DNA of 64,000 nt from an uncultured delta proteobacterium (GCA_963705555.1 CAVPJZ010000004.1:213788-277787), one strand, 5' to 3'; counted from the stretch's first letter, positions 29,295 through 41,563 are shown. Notes: generated from the sequence alone by a model not told the origin. Translations and numbers: made by a program.

Positions 29295-31778
29295 ATGCGC
29301 GGACCGTTAATTTATCCCTTAATCGCTCTAATTGCCGGTATTATCAGCAGTTATTATCTGGCCATTCCTGGATATTTGTTGTTCGGAGGAATCACAGTAA
29401 TACTTATTTCTCTTCTTGTGACCATAATAAAAAAATGGACTGCGGCAAGCTTCCTTTTAATTATCAGTTTTACATTCCTGCTTGGTTACTTCGATATTCA
29501 AAGTCAAGAATATTTAATTCGATCGGATAAACATATAACCCGCTATATCAATGCGGGCAAATTGGCTTTCGAAGGCATTGTCATCGAAAATCCCTTCACT
29601 CATCCTCCCGATAAAACAATTTTATTTGTTCGCTGTCAGCGCATTATCACCGATAAATCATATACTCCGGTTACAGGTAATATTCGCCTGGTAATTCCTT
29701 CTGATTTAAGTTTCCAATATGGTGATTTTATTCGGTTTCATTCTGCATTGAAGAAAATACAAAGCTTTCAAAATCCCGGGGGTTTTGATTATGAACGCTA
29801 TATGAATCTCCAGGGTATTTACGCCACCGGGTTTGTTGCCAATAATTCACAAATTGTACTGCTGAGAAAAAATGCCGCCAGTGGCATGAGATTAAAATTA
29901 GAATCATTTAGATCATATCTAAAGCAGATAATTTATAAAAACGCTCCTTCCCCGCAAAGAGAAATTATCGAAGCGATGACGATCGGCAATCAAAATGAAA
30001 TTCCGGCTGATGTGCGTGAAAATTTCAATAAGACAGGAACATCTCATATCCTTTCTATTTCCGGCCTGCATATTGGAATAGTAGCGACTACGGCCTTTTT
30101 CTTCATTTTTCTTATTTTAAAATCATCGGAATATCTGATGCTCAGATTTAATATCATTAAACTAGCTTCGGCGGGAGCATTCATTATCGTTTTAATATAC
30201 ACGTTAATTGCCGGAATGGGAATAACTGTTGTCAGATCCAGTCTGATGGCTTTAATCTTTTTGAGTGCCTTGCTTTTAGGCAAACAAAAAGATATTTACA
30301 ACGTCCTGACGCTGTCTGGATTAATCATTTTGCTTGTTTCGCCGGAAGCTATTTTCGATATATCCTTTCAGCTTTCTTTCACGGCAGTGTTAGCGATCAT
30401 TTATCTCGTGCCCCGTTTCAGCGATACCTCCTTTTCTTTTATCGCATCATGGCCGATTGTGGTGCAAAAAATCATCAAACAAATTTATTTATCAATAATA
30501 GTATGTATTGCGGCAACTATCGGCACAATGCCCTTAATTGTCTTTTATTTTAATCGTGTATCCGCCATTACAATTATCGCCAATTTAATCATAGTTCCTT
30601 TATTGGGAACTATTGCCCTGGCTCTTTCCATGCCTTTTATTCTCGGCGCTTTTATTTCTCCGGCAATTGCCGGTTTTTTTATTAAATTGTCTTCATTTTT
30701 TGTTCAAATCTCGGTAGATATTATCAACAAAATGGCTGCGTTATCCTGGTCATCTTTTACCTTCACGAAGCCCACTATCGCCGAAATTTTCTTTTTTTAT
30801 CTTTTCATTTCTATTTTGATGCAATTTTTTGATTTGCGCTATGCTCTAATGAACAGGAAAGGTTTTCTTCAACGCCATCCTCTTATTTTAAAATCTCTTC
30901 TGGTCATTTTCCTTTGTTTTTTTATTGCCGACGCCCTTTATCTTACCCTCAAGGATAAATTTTCCTCTGATTTGAGGGTAACGGCAATTGATGTAGGCCA
31001 GGGCTCCTCGATTTTAGTGCGTTTCCCGACAGGCAAAAATATGCTCATCGACGGCGGAGGGTTTAGCGAAAGTTCTTTCGACATGGGTAAACTTGTCGTT
31101 GCCCCTTTTCTTTACCACGAAAGAATCAGCACTATTGATACAGTGGTGCTTACCCATCCGCATCCCGACCATCTCCAGGGCCTTCTCTACATTACTGAAA
31201 ATTTTAACGTAAAGGAAGTGTGGAGCACAGGACAGCTATCGAAAGACGAAATTTTTCAGCAGTGGCAAAAAATAATTGTACAGAAAAAAATCAAAATGAA
31301 TTTTATATCGGCGCAATCACCCCCCGCAAAAATAAACGGTGTGCAATTGAATTTTTTATGGCCTTTGAAACCTATTTCCGCAGATACTGGTGATTTATCT
31401 TATCGTAAAGTTAATAATGATTCTCTTGTATTAAAGATGAAATATGGAAACGTGAGTTTTCTCTGCCCTGCCGATATATCCTCCTTAGTGGAAAGTTCAT
31501 TAATTAAATCAAAACGCGATTTACATAGCGACGTTTTATTCGTCCCCCATCATGGTTCATACCATTCCAGCAGCATCGACTTTATTAAAAAAGTATCATG
31601 CCGCTATGCCGTAATTAGTGCCGGAAAAGCGAATGTTTTTCATCATCCGCATCAACGCACTTTGGATCGATACAAATCTCTTCAGGTTAATATCCTCCGT
31701 ACGGATAAAGACGGCGCGATAACACTGACAACCGATGGTACAATTTTGCACGTTAATACTTTTCTAAAAAGCAGATAA
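29295..31778 (+). CDS. comEC: DNA internalization competence protein ComEC/Rec2
   Basis: NPGGFDY, SHILSISGLH, ISFQLSF, DVGQG, THPHPDH, PHHGS. Confidence 0.93.
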   Translation: MRGPLIYPLIALIAGIISSYYLAIPGYLLFGGITVILISLLVTIIKKWTAASFLLIISFTFLLGYFDIQSQEYLIRSDKHITRYINAGKLAFEGIVIENPFTHPPDKTILFVRCQRIITDKSYTPVTGNIRLVIPSDLSFQYGDFIRFHSALKKIQSFQNPGGFDYERYMNLQGIYATGFVANNSQIVLLRKNAASGMRLKLESFRSYLKQIIYKNAPSPQREIIEAMTIGNQNEIPADVRENFNKTGTSHILSISGLHIGIVATTAFFFIFLILKSSEYLMLRFNIIKLASAGAFIIVLIYTLIAGMGITVVRSSLMALIFLSALLLGKQKDIYNVLTLSGLIILLVSPEAIFDISFQLSFTAVLAIIYLVPRFSDTSFSFIASWPIVVQKIIKQIYLSIIVCIAATIGTMPLIVFYFNRVSAITIIANLIIVPLLGTIALALSMPFILGAFISPAIAGFFIKLSSFFVQISVDIINKMAALSWSSFTFTKPTIAEIFFFYLFISILMQFFDLRYALMNRKGFLQRHPLILKSLLVIFLCFFIADALYLTLKDKFSSDLRVTAIDVGQGSSILVRFPTGKNMLIDGGGFSESSFDMGKLVVAPFLYHERISTIDTVVLTHPHPDHLQGLLYITENFNVKEVWSTGQLSKDEIFQQWQKIIVQKKIKMNFISAQSPPAKINGVQLNFLWPLKPISADTGDLSYRKVNNDSLVLKMKYGNVSFLCPADISSLVESSLIKSKRDLHSDVLFVPHHGSYHSSSIDFIKKVSCRYAVISAGKANVFHHPHQRTLDRYKSLQVNILRTDKDGAITLTTDGTILHVNTFLKSR

Positions 31779-31859
31779 GTCCTTGCCGTTTAATCATTTT
31801 TTTTCATTGCGAACATGCATACTGTATGCTATAAATTTCTTTATTTTGGTCAATGACTT

Positions 31860-33130
31860 ATGGAAAAAATTACAGCAATTAAGGGTATTAAAGATATTTT
31901 GCCCGAAGATTCTCCCACTTGGAATCATATCGAATCAATCGCTCGTCAGGTTTTTGGTTCTTTCGGTTTTCGCGAAATTCGTGTCCCGATTATGGAAAAA
32001 ACCGAATTATTTAAAAGAAGTATTGGGGAAACAACGGATATCGTCGAAAAAGAAATGTACACTTTTCGTGATCGCGATGATGAACTGTTGACATTGCGTC
32101 CGGAAGCCACGGCCTCCGTTATCCGTGCCTATATCGAACATAATATGCACTCTTTTGACCAGATTACGAAACTCTATACAATCGGGCCGATGTTTCGACG
32201 GGAAAGACCGCAGAAAGGCCGTTTCCGTCAATTTCACCAGATTGACGTTGAGTTATTCGGCGATGAGAAGCCTCAATCTGATGCGGAAGTTATTTTCATG
32301 CTGATGCATTTTCTGCAATCGACGGCAATTGAAGAATTATCTCTGGAAATTAATTCTCTCGGCTGTAAAACTTGCCGTCCGGTTTTTTCACAAGCTATCA
32401 TCAAGTATTTAAAAGGATCGGAAAAAGCTCTTTGTCCCGATTGTCAAAGACGTATGAATACCAATCCTTTGCGGGTATTCGACTGTAAAGTAGAAAGCTG
32501 TAATTCAATTATCGCCAAAGCTCCGCAAATTCTCGACTACTTGTGCTCTGACTGCAAAGAACATTTTACTCAGGTAAAATCGTATTTAACCGATTTGAAT
32601 GTTACTTACGGCATTAACCCGAAAATGGTGCGCGGTTTGGATTATTATACCAGAACGGCTTTTGAAGTTAAATCAGGATTACTGGGCTGGGAGCACAAAA
32701 TGCGCTGGCCGGCGGCGGCAGATATGACGGTCTGGTTAATTTCTTAGGCGGACCGGAAGTATCCGGTATTGGATTTGCCGTAGGTGTTGAACGTCTTCTT
32801 GCTTGTCTGCCTGATAATGAAAAAAATATAATATTCCAGACGGATTTATTTATTGCCGCTCTCGGCGAACGCGCGCAAAAGATGGCCTTCGGTCTGACTA
32901 ACGAATTGCGCCGGGCCGGTATTTCCGCGGAAATGGATTACAGCGATAAAAGTTTGAAAAGCCAGATGAAACGCGCCGACAAATTAAATAGCTCCTTTAC
33001 ACTGATTGTCGGCGATAAAGAGATTGATGAAAAACGCGTCGAGTTAAGAAATATGAACACTAAAAACCAGCAAGTTTTGCCTATGAACAACTTGCTGGAA
33101 ACAATAATTAAAATTATTAAGGAAAGGTGA
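31860..33130 (+). CDS. hisS: histidine--tRNA ligase, frameshifted near 32690
   Basis: DIVEKEMY, LRPEATA, FRRERPQKGRFRQF, VRGLDYY, GGGRYDG; C-terminal anticodon domain in ORF 32882-33130. Confidence 0.95.
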
Positions 33131-33136
33131 AATCTT

Positions 33137-34908
33137 TTGGCCAATTTTTTAACCACAGATAAAAGAACGCATTATTGCGGCAATTTGAACATTTCCCATG
33201 CCGGTAAAGAAGTAATTTTAATGGGCTGGGCGCATCGCCGGCGCGATCACGGCGGTGTTATTTTTGTCGATTTGCGCGATCGCGAAGGAATTGTTCAGAT
33301 CGTTTTCAATCCCGACGCCGGAGAAGCTGTTCATGGAGAAGCGCATAAAATCCGCAGTGAATTTGTCCTGGCGGTTAAAGGAACTGTGCGCAAAAGGCCG
33401 CAGGGCATGGAAAATCCGGCCCTGAAAACAGGTGAAATCGAAGTCATCGTCTCGGAATTGGAAATAATGAATGAATCCAAAACACCTCCCTTCTCTTTTG
33501 ACGAGGAAGAAATATCGGAAAACGTTCGTCTTAAATACCGCTATCTGGATTTACGCCGTCCGGCGCTCCAGCAAAATTTGTTTTTGCGCAGTAAACTGGC
33601 CGCCGCTACGCGCAATTACTTCGATAAAAACGGTTTTATTGAAGTGGAAACGCCTTTTCTGACAAAAAGCACTCCGGAAGGCGCTCGCGATTATCTTGTC
33701 CCCAGCCGAATTTACAAAGGGATGTTTTACGCCCTGCCGCAATCGCCGCAGATTTTCAAGCAATTGCTGATGGTTTCCGGTTTTGACCGTTATTATCAAA
33801 TTGTGAAATGTTTCCGCGATGAAGATTTACGGGCCGACCGTCAACCGGAATTTACGCAAATCGATGTGGAAATGTCCTTCATCACCGAAGAAGATATAAT
33901 GAAAATCATGGAAGGATTGATGGCGCAAATATTTAAGGCATGTCTCGACCGTGAGCTTAAACTCCCCTTCCCCCGCCTCACCTATCACGATGCCGTAAAC
34001 CGCTATGGTAAAGATAATCCCGATACGCGTTTCGATATGGAACTAGTGGATATTACGTCAATAGTAAGTAATTCCGGCTTTAAGCTTTTTCAGGAAGTCG
34101 TTGCCTCGGGTGGAATTGTCAAAGCGATTAAAGTGGAACAAGCTTCCGGCCTTTCACGCAAAGACCTCGACGAGCTAAAGGATTACGTTGCCATTTACGG
34201 CGCCAAGGGTCTGGCCTGGGCAAGAATTAACGCCGCCGACTGGACTTCACCCATTTATAAATTTTTACGGCCGGAGGAAGTTGAAAAAATAAATAAAGCA
34301 ATGGGCGCGAAAGAAAGTGATATTATATTTTTTGTTGCCGATGTTCCCCGCGTTGTTAACGATTCTCTCGGCAATTTACGTCTGCATCTGGCGAAGAAAC
34401 TGAATTTATTTAAACCGGATGATTTAGCCTTCACTTGGATTACCGAATTTCCGCTGATGGAATATTCCGACTCGGAAAAGCGTTATGTCTCCATGCATCA
34501 TCCTTTCACATCGCCTGTTCTGGAAGATGTTGCGTTACTTAACTCTCAGCCGGGCAAAGTTCGCGCACGCGCTTACGATCTTGTGTTGAATGGTTCGGAA
34601 ATCGGCGGCGGCAGTATTCGGATCCATAGGAAGGATGTACAGGCTCAAGTGTTCAAAGCTTTAGGTTTAAGCAATGACGAAGCCCGCACAAAGTTTGGTT
34701 TTCTTCTGGATGCTTTGGAATACGGCGCTCCGCCTCACGGAGGAATTGCCTTCGGTCTGGATAGGCTCACTATGATTATGACTCACGCGGAATCAATCCG
34801 CGATGTGATTGCTTTCCCGAAGACGCAAAAAGCGGCTTGTCTCTTATCGGATGCGCCATCAAAAGTCGCATCGAACAACTTATGGAACTTTCTTTAAAAA
34901 TTGTTTAG
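33137..34908 (+). CDS. aspS: aspartate--tRNA ligase, probably the non-discriminating Asp/Asn type; frameshift in the last codons
   Basis: [46 protein letters not shown]; the His in RRDHG and Gly in RPQG match ND-AspRS. Confidence 0.95.
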
Positions 34909-34929
34909 CTATAAATTTATGGAGAATAA

Positions 34930-36823
34930 ATGATGGCAAAATTGAGTAAAGTAAAAAAATCACCCGCTAATAAAAAGAACTGGAAATATAAGTTAAAGGA
35001 ACTCGATAAACCTAATTTATATAAAGATATATTCCCCTACACTGAAGTAAGTAAAGTTGTTTTTGACCACAAAATCTTACCCGTTAGTCAGGCCAAGGAA
35101 ATATTTATTACGGACACTACTTTTCGAGATGGACAGCAAGCTCGTCCTCCTTATACGGTAGAACAAATTGTTAATATTTTTCAACTTCTGAGTAAACTCG
35201 GCGGGCCCAATGGCGTAATCCGGCAATCGGAATTTTTCCTTTACAGCAAAAAAGATAAGGAAGCGGTAGAAAAATGTCAGGCACTGGGTCTCTCTTACCC
35301 GGAAATCACCGGTTGGATCAGAGCGGCAAAAGAAGATATACCCCTGGTTAAAAACGCCGGTATCAAAGAAACAGGATTGCTCACATCAGTTTCCGATTAT
35401 CACATTTTTCTTAAAGCTGAACAAGAAAAGAAGCGAAGCCATGGATGATTATCTGGGCATCGTCAAATCTATTTTGGAATTAGGCATCATTCCCCGCTGC
35501 CATTTCGAAGACGTTACCCGCGCCGATATTTACGGCTTCTGCATTCCTTTTGCGCTGGAACTAATGAAACTGAGGGAAGAAAGCGGCATCGATATCAAAA
35601 TCAGGCTTTGCGATACAATGGGCTACGGCATAACATATCCCGGAGCGGCTCTTCCCCGCAGTGTGGATAAACTGGTCCGCGCTTTTATTGATGAAGCCGG
35701 GGTGCCCGGCCATCTTTTGGAATGGCACGGCCACAATGATTTTCACCGGGCCATGACCAATGCCACGACTGCCTGGCTTTATGGCTGCAGTGCGGCCAAT
35801 TCGACTCTTTTGGGCCTAGGCGAACGAACAGGCAATCCCCCGATTGAGGGTCTGATTATTGAATATATCGCGCTTAAAGGGAATAATAACGGAATTGATA
35901 CGACCGTAATTACCGATATAGCCGAATATTTTGAAGCCGAACTGGGAGTGAAGATACCTCACAATTATCCTTTTGTCGGTTCGGAGTTCAATGTCACCCG
36001 CGCGGGCGTTCATGCTGACGGCCTTATTAAATGCGAAGAAATTTATAACATCTTCGATACCAACAAAATTTTAAAAAGACCTATTGTCACCATGATCACC
36101 GACAAATCGGGCAATGCCGGTATAGCCTTCTGGATTAATCAGCGCTTCGGCCTTAAAAGTGACAGCGTTGTGGATAAAAGGCATCCGGGAATTTCAAAAA
36201 TCAATAAATGGATTGCGGAACAATATGATTCCGGCCGAGTTACCACGATTTCTCCCGAAGAGATGGAAAAAAGGGTGCGCTTGTATTTGCCGGAATATTT
36301 TATGTCGGCATTGGAAAAAATCAAATATATGGCGGAAAAAGCCGCCGTGGCCGCCGTTAATAAGATTATCGAACATCCGTTAATGAAGAGCATGAATACC
36401 GAACAACAAGAGCCTCTGATGCAAGAATTCGTCGACGAACATCCGTCTATTCAGTTTGCGTATATAGTGGATATGAACGGCAGAAAGACTACTAAAAACA
36501 TTACCAACATTGCTGATCGTGCTAAATATGAAAATTATGGAGTAGGCATCGACCAATCCGACCGGGAATGGTTTATAAAACCTTTGCAGACGGGAAAAGT
36601 TCATGTTACCGATTTCTTCATTTCCAAGATGACCGCTGTTTTATGCTTCACCGTTTCCGCGCCTATCGTTAATGATAAAGATGAAATGATCGGCATTTTT
36701 GGCGTAGACATTCAGTTTGAGGATTGGGTTAAAAGTGCGGAAGACATGGCGGACATGGATCACATAGCTTTGCGCGCGGAATATGAAGAAGTAAAAAGTA
36801 AAGCGAAATATGACCGACATTAG
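34930..36823 (+). CDS. Re-citrate synthase-like DRE-TIM enzyme fused to a C-terminal Cache/PDC domain, frameshifted near 35415
   Basis: DTTFRDGQQ, HGHND, GLGERTGN, AGVHADG; C-terminal DREWF..VTDFFISKMT..CFTVSAPI..GIFGVDI. Confidence 0.75.
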
Positions 36824-36880
36824 AGAAACTCACATTTCAGAAACGAAGTGAACTGAAATGTGTTAGTTTCACTTATCCCG
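36821..36880. repeat. bulged-hairpin element (copy F, inverted), starting on the stop codon
   Basis: gaaact-cacatttcag-[12]-ctgaaatgtg-tt-agtttc followed by ttatcccg. Confidence 0.7.
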
Positions 36881-36910
36881 CAAACGCAGATTTGCGGCGT
36901 TAATCACACT

Positions 36911-38884
36911 TTAATAATCGTTATAAAGTTTCCACTGCTCAAAAGGGCGATTTTCATCTTGATCAGAAAGTGGAACTATTTCTTTGATGAAGCGCGATTG
37001 CGCAAGCATTATACTTCCTGAAGCGCGGCTATAATCCAAGGCAGGGCAGCACAAATATAGCTGATCTTTTGCTCGCGTCAAGGCGACATAAAAGAGCCTT
37101 CTTTCTTCTTCTTCTCCGCCTGGTTCCTTCAATGACCGTTGCAGAGGAATCATTCCGTCTACACACCAAATCAAGAATACATAAGACCATTCCAGCCCTT
37201 TAGCCTGATGAATTGTACTCAATATTACCTTGCTTTCTTTTTCTTCTTCTTCATAAGCATCTTCCTTGGCCATATTTGTAAGCAAGGCCAATTCATTTAA
37301 AAAATCTTCCATTTGCGAATATTTAGCGGAGAAATTTCCCAACTGAATCAAATCTTCCTCTCGAAATACTGCGTCGGAATAATTTTCCTGCAGATGGGAT
37401 CGGTAGCCTCCCTCATTTAATAATACATCGATAATTTTTTCCGGTCTGCGGTCATGGGGATGCAACTCTAAAAGCGACTGCATAGTTTTACGGCATTGAT
37501 CTATTCCTGTTTTTGCCGGTACCGGCACAACTTGCATAAATTCACTAGCCAAAAACGCTTCCAGGGCATTTTCTTTTTTTGATAAATATTTCCAGATTTT
37601 TTCAAAAGTTATCTTTCCTATTTTGGGATACATTGTCAGCACGCGTCTCCAGGCCAGCTCATCCAAAGGATTGACTAAAATTCTCATAAATGAAGTTACA
37701 TCTTTAATATGCGCCTGTTCGAAAAAACGAATGCCGGAACGAATATCGAAAGGAATGTCTCTGCGCACTAATTCCATTTGCAATTCCATGGAATGGTAAT
37801 GCGCGCGGTATAGGACTGCTATTTCCTGCAAGGGCACACCGCCACGGTTCAATTCTTCAATTCTCTGCGCCACAAAATCAGCCTGTTTCAAAACATTTTG
37901 AGCGTAAACCATAACCGGCCGCATGCCGTTATTGCGCACCGCTTTTAATACTTTGGGAAATTGTTTTTCATTATTATTTATACTTAAATTCGCCAGATGC
38001 AATATTTCCGGTGTACTGCGGTAATTTGTTTCCAACTTATAGATTTTACAATCCGGATAGCGTTGAGGAAAATTAATTATGTTGCTGAAACTTGCGCCGC
38101 GAAAGGAATAAATACTTTGTGAATCGTCGCCGACTACCATTAAATTTCGATGCCCGGTGGCCAGCATATCTATAATATCGGCTTGAATGATATTGACATC
38201 CTGATACTCATCTACCAAAATATGTTGAAATCTGCCGGAATAATTTTTTAATACATCCGAATTTTCCATTAAAAGTCGGCGCCAATTTTGGAGCAGGTCA
38301 TCAAAATCCATTACGGATAGCTCTTTCTTTTTTTGTATATACAGACAGGCAATTTGATTAATTTCATTTGATCAGATGGAGAAAGAAAGGATATCGGGAT
38401 TGAAGCACGTCTTCCAAATCGAATTTTGAGTATTAATAGCCAAGCTGATGATTTCGGCAATTATATTACTTTTGGGAAATTTGCTGAGTTTCGGGTCAAT
38501 TTTTAATTCGGAAAGGCAGGTAGCGATCAACTGGCGCGAATCTTCGCTATCCAGTATGGAAAAATTACTTCGATAGCCGAGGCGGAAAGCGTAATTTCTC
38601 AGAAACATATGGGCAATATGATGAAACGTGCCGCCCATTATTTTTCCGGTATATAAGCTAATCAGGCTTTCCACTCGATTTAACATGGAACGAGCCGCTT
38701 TGTTGGTGAATGTTGCCAGTAAAATATTTTCCGGTTGAATGCCGCTTTCCAACAGACGGGCGACGCGGTATGTTAACGTCCGTGTTTTGCCGCTTCCCGC
38801 TCCGGCCAAAACAAGAAGCACCCCGCCTTCTTCCATTACTACACGATATTGCTCCGGATTGAGTTCTTTTTCATAATCAATCAT
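36911..38884 (-). CDS. UvrD/PcrA family ATP-dependent helicase, frameshifted
   Basis: AGAGSGKT, TFTNKAA, VDEYQD, VGDDSQSIYSFRG, NYRS, TIHQAKGLE, EERRLFYVALTRA. Confidence 0.93.
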
Positions 38885-38894
38885 TTAAATTATA

Positions 38895-39563
38895 TTAAAC
38901 GGCAACAACTCTTTTTTTATTTTTAACGCATTTTTTAATTTCAGCAACAGTTTCCGGGGCAATTAGCGATGGAACATTTTCCAACAAACCTTCGTTTCTA
39001 TAGAAACCGATAAGCGGCGCGGTTTTTTGGTTGTATATCTTTATTCTGTCGGAGATTGCTTCGGCTGTCTCGTCCTCTCTCTGGATAACATCATGACCGC
39101 ATTTTTTACATTTTCCTCCCTGGGCCGGAGGATTGTTTTTAACATTGTAAATTTCCTGACAAGACGAATTTACACATGTTCGTCTGGTAGAAAGCCTTTC
39201 TAAAATAATATTTAGCGGAACTTCCAAATTGACCACAAAATCCAGCTCTATATTTAATTTGGCCAGTATTTTTTTTAATTCCTGCGCTTGTTGTATCGTC
39301 CGGGGAAAACCGTCCAATATAAAACCATTCCGGCAATCAGGCTCCTGCAAAAGCGCTTCCATAATCTCCATTATCAGCGAATCAGGAACAAGGTCTCCAC
39401 TATCCATATATTTTTTTGCTTTTTTCCCTAAATCGGTTCCCTTTTTGACCGCTGAACGTAAAATATCTCCGGTGGATATTTGAATCGAGCCGTCATATTC
39501 CGTAAGAAGCTTCGCTACAGTGCCCTTCCCCGCTCCCGGAGATCCTAATAAAATTATTCTCAT
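38895..39563 (-). CDS. adk: adenylate kinase (Cys4 LID)
   Basis: GSPGAGKGT, ISTGDILR, LDGFPRT, QREDET. Confidence 0.95.
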   Translation of the reverse strand: MRIILLGSPGAGKGTVAKLLTEYDGSIQISTGDILRSAVKKGTDLGKKAKKYMDSGDLVPDSLIMEIMEALLQEPDCRNGFILDGFPRTIQQAQELKKILAKLNIELDFVVNLEVPLNIILERLSTRRTCVNSSCQEIYNVKNNPPAQGGKCKKCGHDVIQREDETAEAISDRIKIYNQKTAPLIGFYRNEGLLENVPSLIAPETVAEIKKCVKNKKRVVAV

Positions 39564-39640
39564 GATTTTCTCCAGATAAATCTTTAATCACGGGTATGAG
39601 CCCAAAAGCAAGCTGCGGAGTCTCATACCATCCGCTTTGC

Positions 39641-39698
39641 GGGATTGTCAGCTAACCAATTCCGCTGCGCTACACTTTCGGAATCGGAGTTTCACAAT
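39641..39698. repeat. diverged bulged-hairpin element (copy G)
   Basis: gggattgt..agct-aa-ccaattccg-[14]-cggaatcgg-agtt..acaat. Confidence 0.5.
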
Positions 39699-39716
39699 AA
39701 ACTTTGGTATTTACTT

Positions 39717-40538
39717 TTAATCTTTAAGTAAAACTTTAATTTCAAAAATATTCGGCCAGAGTTTCCCGGTAACAAAAATCCTGTCCCGGTTATCATCATA
39801 AGCTATTCCATTCAACACATCTATCCGGTTATGTTCCGGAATTAAAGAATAAAGTTGGCTTAAATCTATCCACCCTAAAACTTTACCTGTTACCGGCGAA
39901 ATACGCACAATCAAGTCTTTTTGGAAAATGTTTGCCCAAATTTCTCCTTTAATAAATTCCAACTCATTGAGATTGCCGATTTGTTGCTGTCCTTCGTGAA
40001 CAATAATTTTTCGGTGAACGGCAAAAGTCACCGGATCAATACAGGAAATAACCGCTGATCCATCGCTCATAAACAGGTATTGGCCGTCTGTCGTTAACCC
40101 CCACCCTTCCCCCTGATAGGAAAATGTTTTTACTTTCTTGAAATCTACCAGATCGTAAACAAAACCGGTTTTATTTCGCCATGTAAGCTGATAAATATTT
40201 TTGCCGAGAATGGTTATTCCTTCACCAAAATATTCATGCGCCAATTTAATTATCTTTATAATTTTTCCTGTTTTAATCTCCACCTTTCTTAAAGTTGACT
40301 TTCCATTGAGACCCGTGGATTCATATAAATATCCTTTGTAATAAATAAGGCCTTGTGTAAACGCGTCAGGATCATGCGGAAAGATGTTAATGACCTTTAT
40401 TTCTGATATGGGGGCTTTTGTTTTCACTTGAAGGGCGTAGGACGGCCATTGCCGAACTTCATCAGCAATCAGGGCGGATCCCAGGCAAAGGAAAAATACG
40501 GGCAACAATAGAATAATTCGTACTAAATTCATACGCAT
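39717..40538 (-). CDS. glutaminyl-peptide cyclotransferase (bacterial/plant-type QC)
   Basis: Signal peptide, PHDPDAFTQGL, ESTG, FGEG, EGWGL, LNELE, VLNGIAY, TGKLWP. Confidence 0.93.
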   Translation of the reverse strand: MRMNLVRIILLLPVFFLCLGSALIADEVRQWPSYALQVKTKAPISEIKVINIFPHDPDAFTQGLIYYKGYLYESTGLNGKSTLRKVEIKTGKIIKIIKLAHEYFGEGITILGKNIYQLTWRNKTGFVYDLVDFKKVKTFSYQGEGWGLTTDGQYLFMSDGSAVISCIDPVTFAVHRKIIVHEGQQQIGNLNELEFIKGEIWANIFQKDLIVRISPVTGKVLGWIDLSQLYSLIPEHNRIDVLNGIAYDDNRDRIFVTGKLWPNIFEIKVLLKD

Positions 40539-41563
40539 CAGCCGCCAAAACCGATTTGGCGGGCATATTCAAATTGCCTTCCCCAGGGAATATTTCGGTG
40601 CGCTTGATTAATACAATCAGCGCCTAATAATTTAATTGATTCGGCATCGGCCGTAACCGGATTATAAGCTCCGATAAAACCTTTATCTTCAGCAATTGAG
40701 CGATGATTTCCCGGCAAACAATCGCATTCGGCTACAATATTAAGCAAAGCATTGATAATAACTGTTTTATTATGGATTATTCTCCAGACCGCAGCAGCCG
40801 TCTCCACAAGCTTTTCCTGAAATATTTTAATATCGGTATCCCAAAATATTTTCAGCGCCGTTTCCGGACACATGGCAATGCACTGTGCACAGCCGATACA
40901 CTTTGTCAGATCGTAAGAAGGGTATACATCCCCTTCCATTTTTGCTGCTCCGGTAGGACAAACCTCTACACACTCTCCGCATTGAATACATTTAGCCTCA
41001 ATGAGCTTTGGTTTGGCATCGGCATGCATACGTTGTTTCTGTGCCCGCGATGCAAAACCCATGGAAATATTTTTTATCGCCCCTCCGAATCCGGTTTCCA
41101 TATGACCTTTGAAATGGGAGAAAATAATAAAGCCGTCTGCCTGATGAACTACTTTCCCCACCTGAACCTTCTCAAAATTTTTGTAATCTGCAGTTAGATC
41201 AACAACGCTTTTACCATCAAGGCCATCGCCTATTTTTACGGGGCAGCCTAAATAATCCTGGCTATAGTTATGCGTTTCTGCAGTTTTTAATGATTGTTTC
41301 CCATCACGTCTTCCGCCGGAGTAAAGAACCGTATTGTCAAAAACAAAGGGATTAAAATCATTTTTCTTCAGCCATTGAACAATTGTTCTTGCATATATCG
41401 GCGGTAAGAAATTTTTATTGCCGATTTCCCCCCAGTGCAATTTGATGCCGATAGAGTCATTTTTTTTAAAAGGCACTTGAATCCATTGCAGAACGGCATT
41501 TAAAGCCTTCAGCCGAGATTCTTCCGTCGATAAACAGTTTTCGTATAATGTAGATTTATTCAT
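40538..41563 (-). CDS. DUF362 domain / 2x[4Fe-4S] protein
   Basis: IKLHWGE, SHFKGH, GGAIKNISMG, two CxxCxxCxxxCP motifs, ECDC. Confidence 0.88.
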   Translation of the reverse strand: MNKSTLYENCLSTEESRLKALNAVLQWIQVPFKKNDSIGIKLHWGEIGNKNFLPPIYARTIVQWLKKNDFNPFVFDNTVLYSGGRRDGKQSLKTAETHNYSQDYLGCPVKIGDGLDGKSVVDLTADYKNFEKVQVGKVVHQADGFIIFSHFKGHMETGFGGAIKNISMGFASRAQKQRMHADAKPKLIEAKCIQCGECVEVCPTGAAKMEGDVYPSYDLTKCIGCAQCIAMCPETALKIFWDTDIKIFQEKLVETAAAVWRIIHNKTVIINALLNIVAECDCLPGNHRSIAEDKGFIGAYNPVTADAESIKLLGADCINQAHRNIPWGRQFEYARQIGFGG

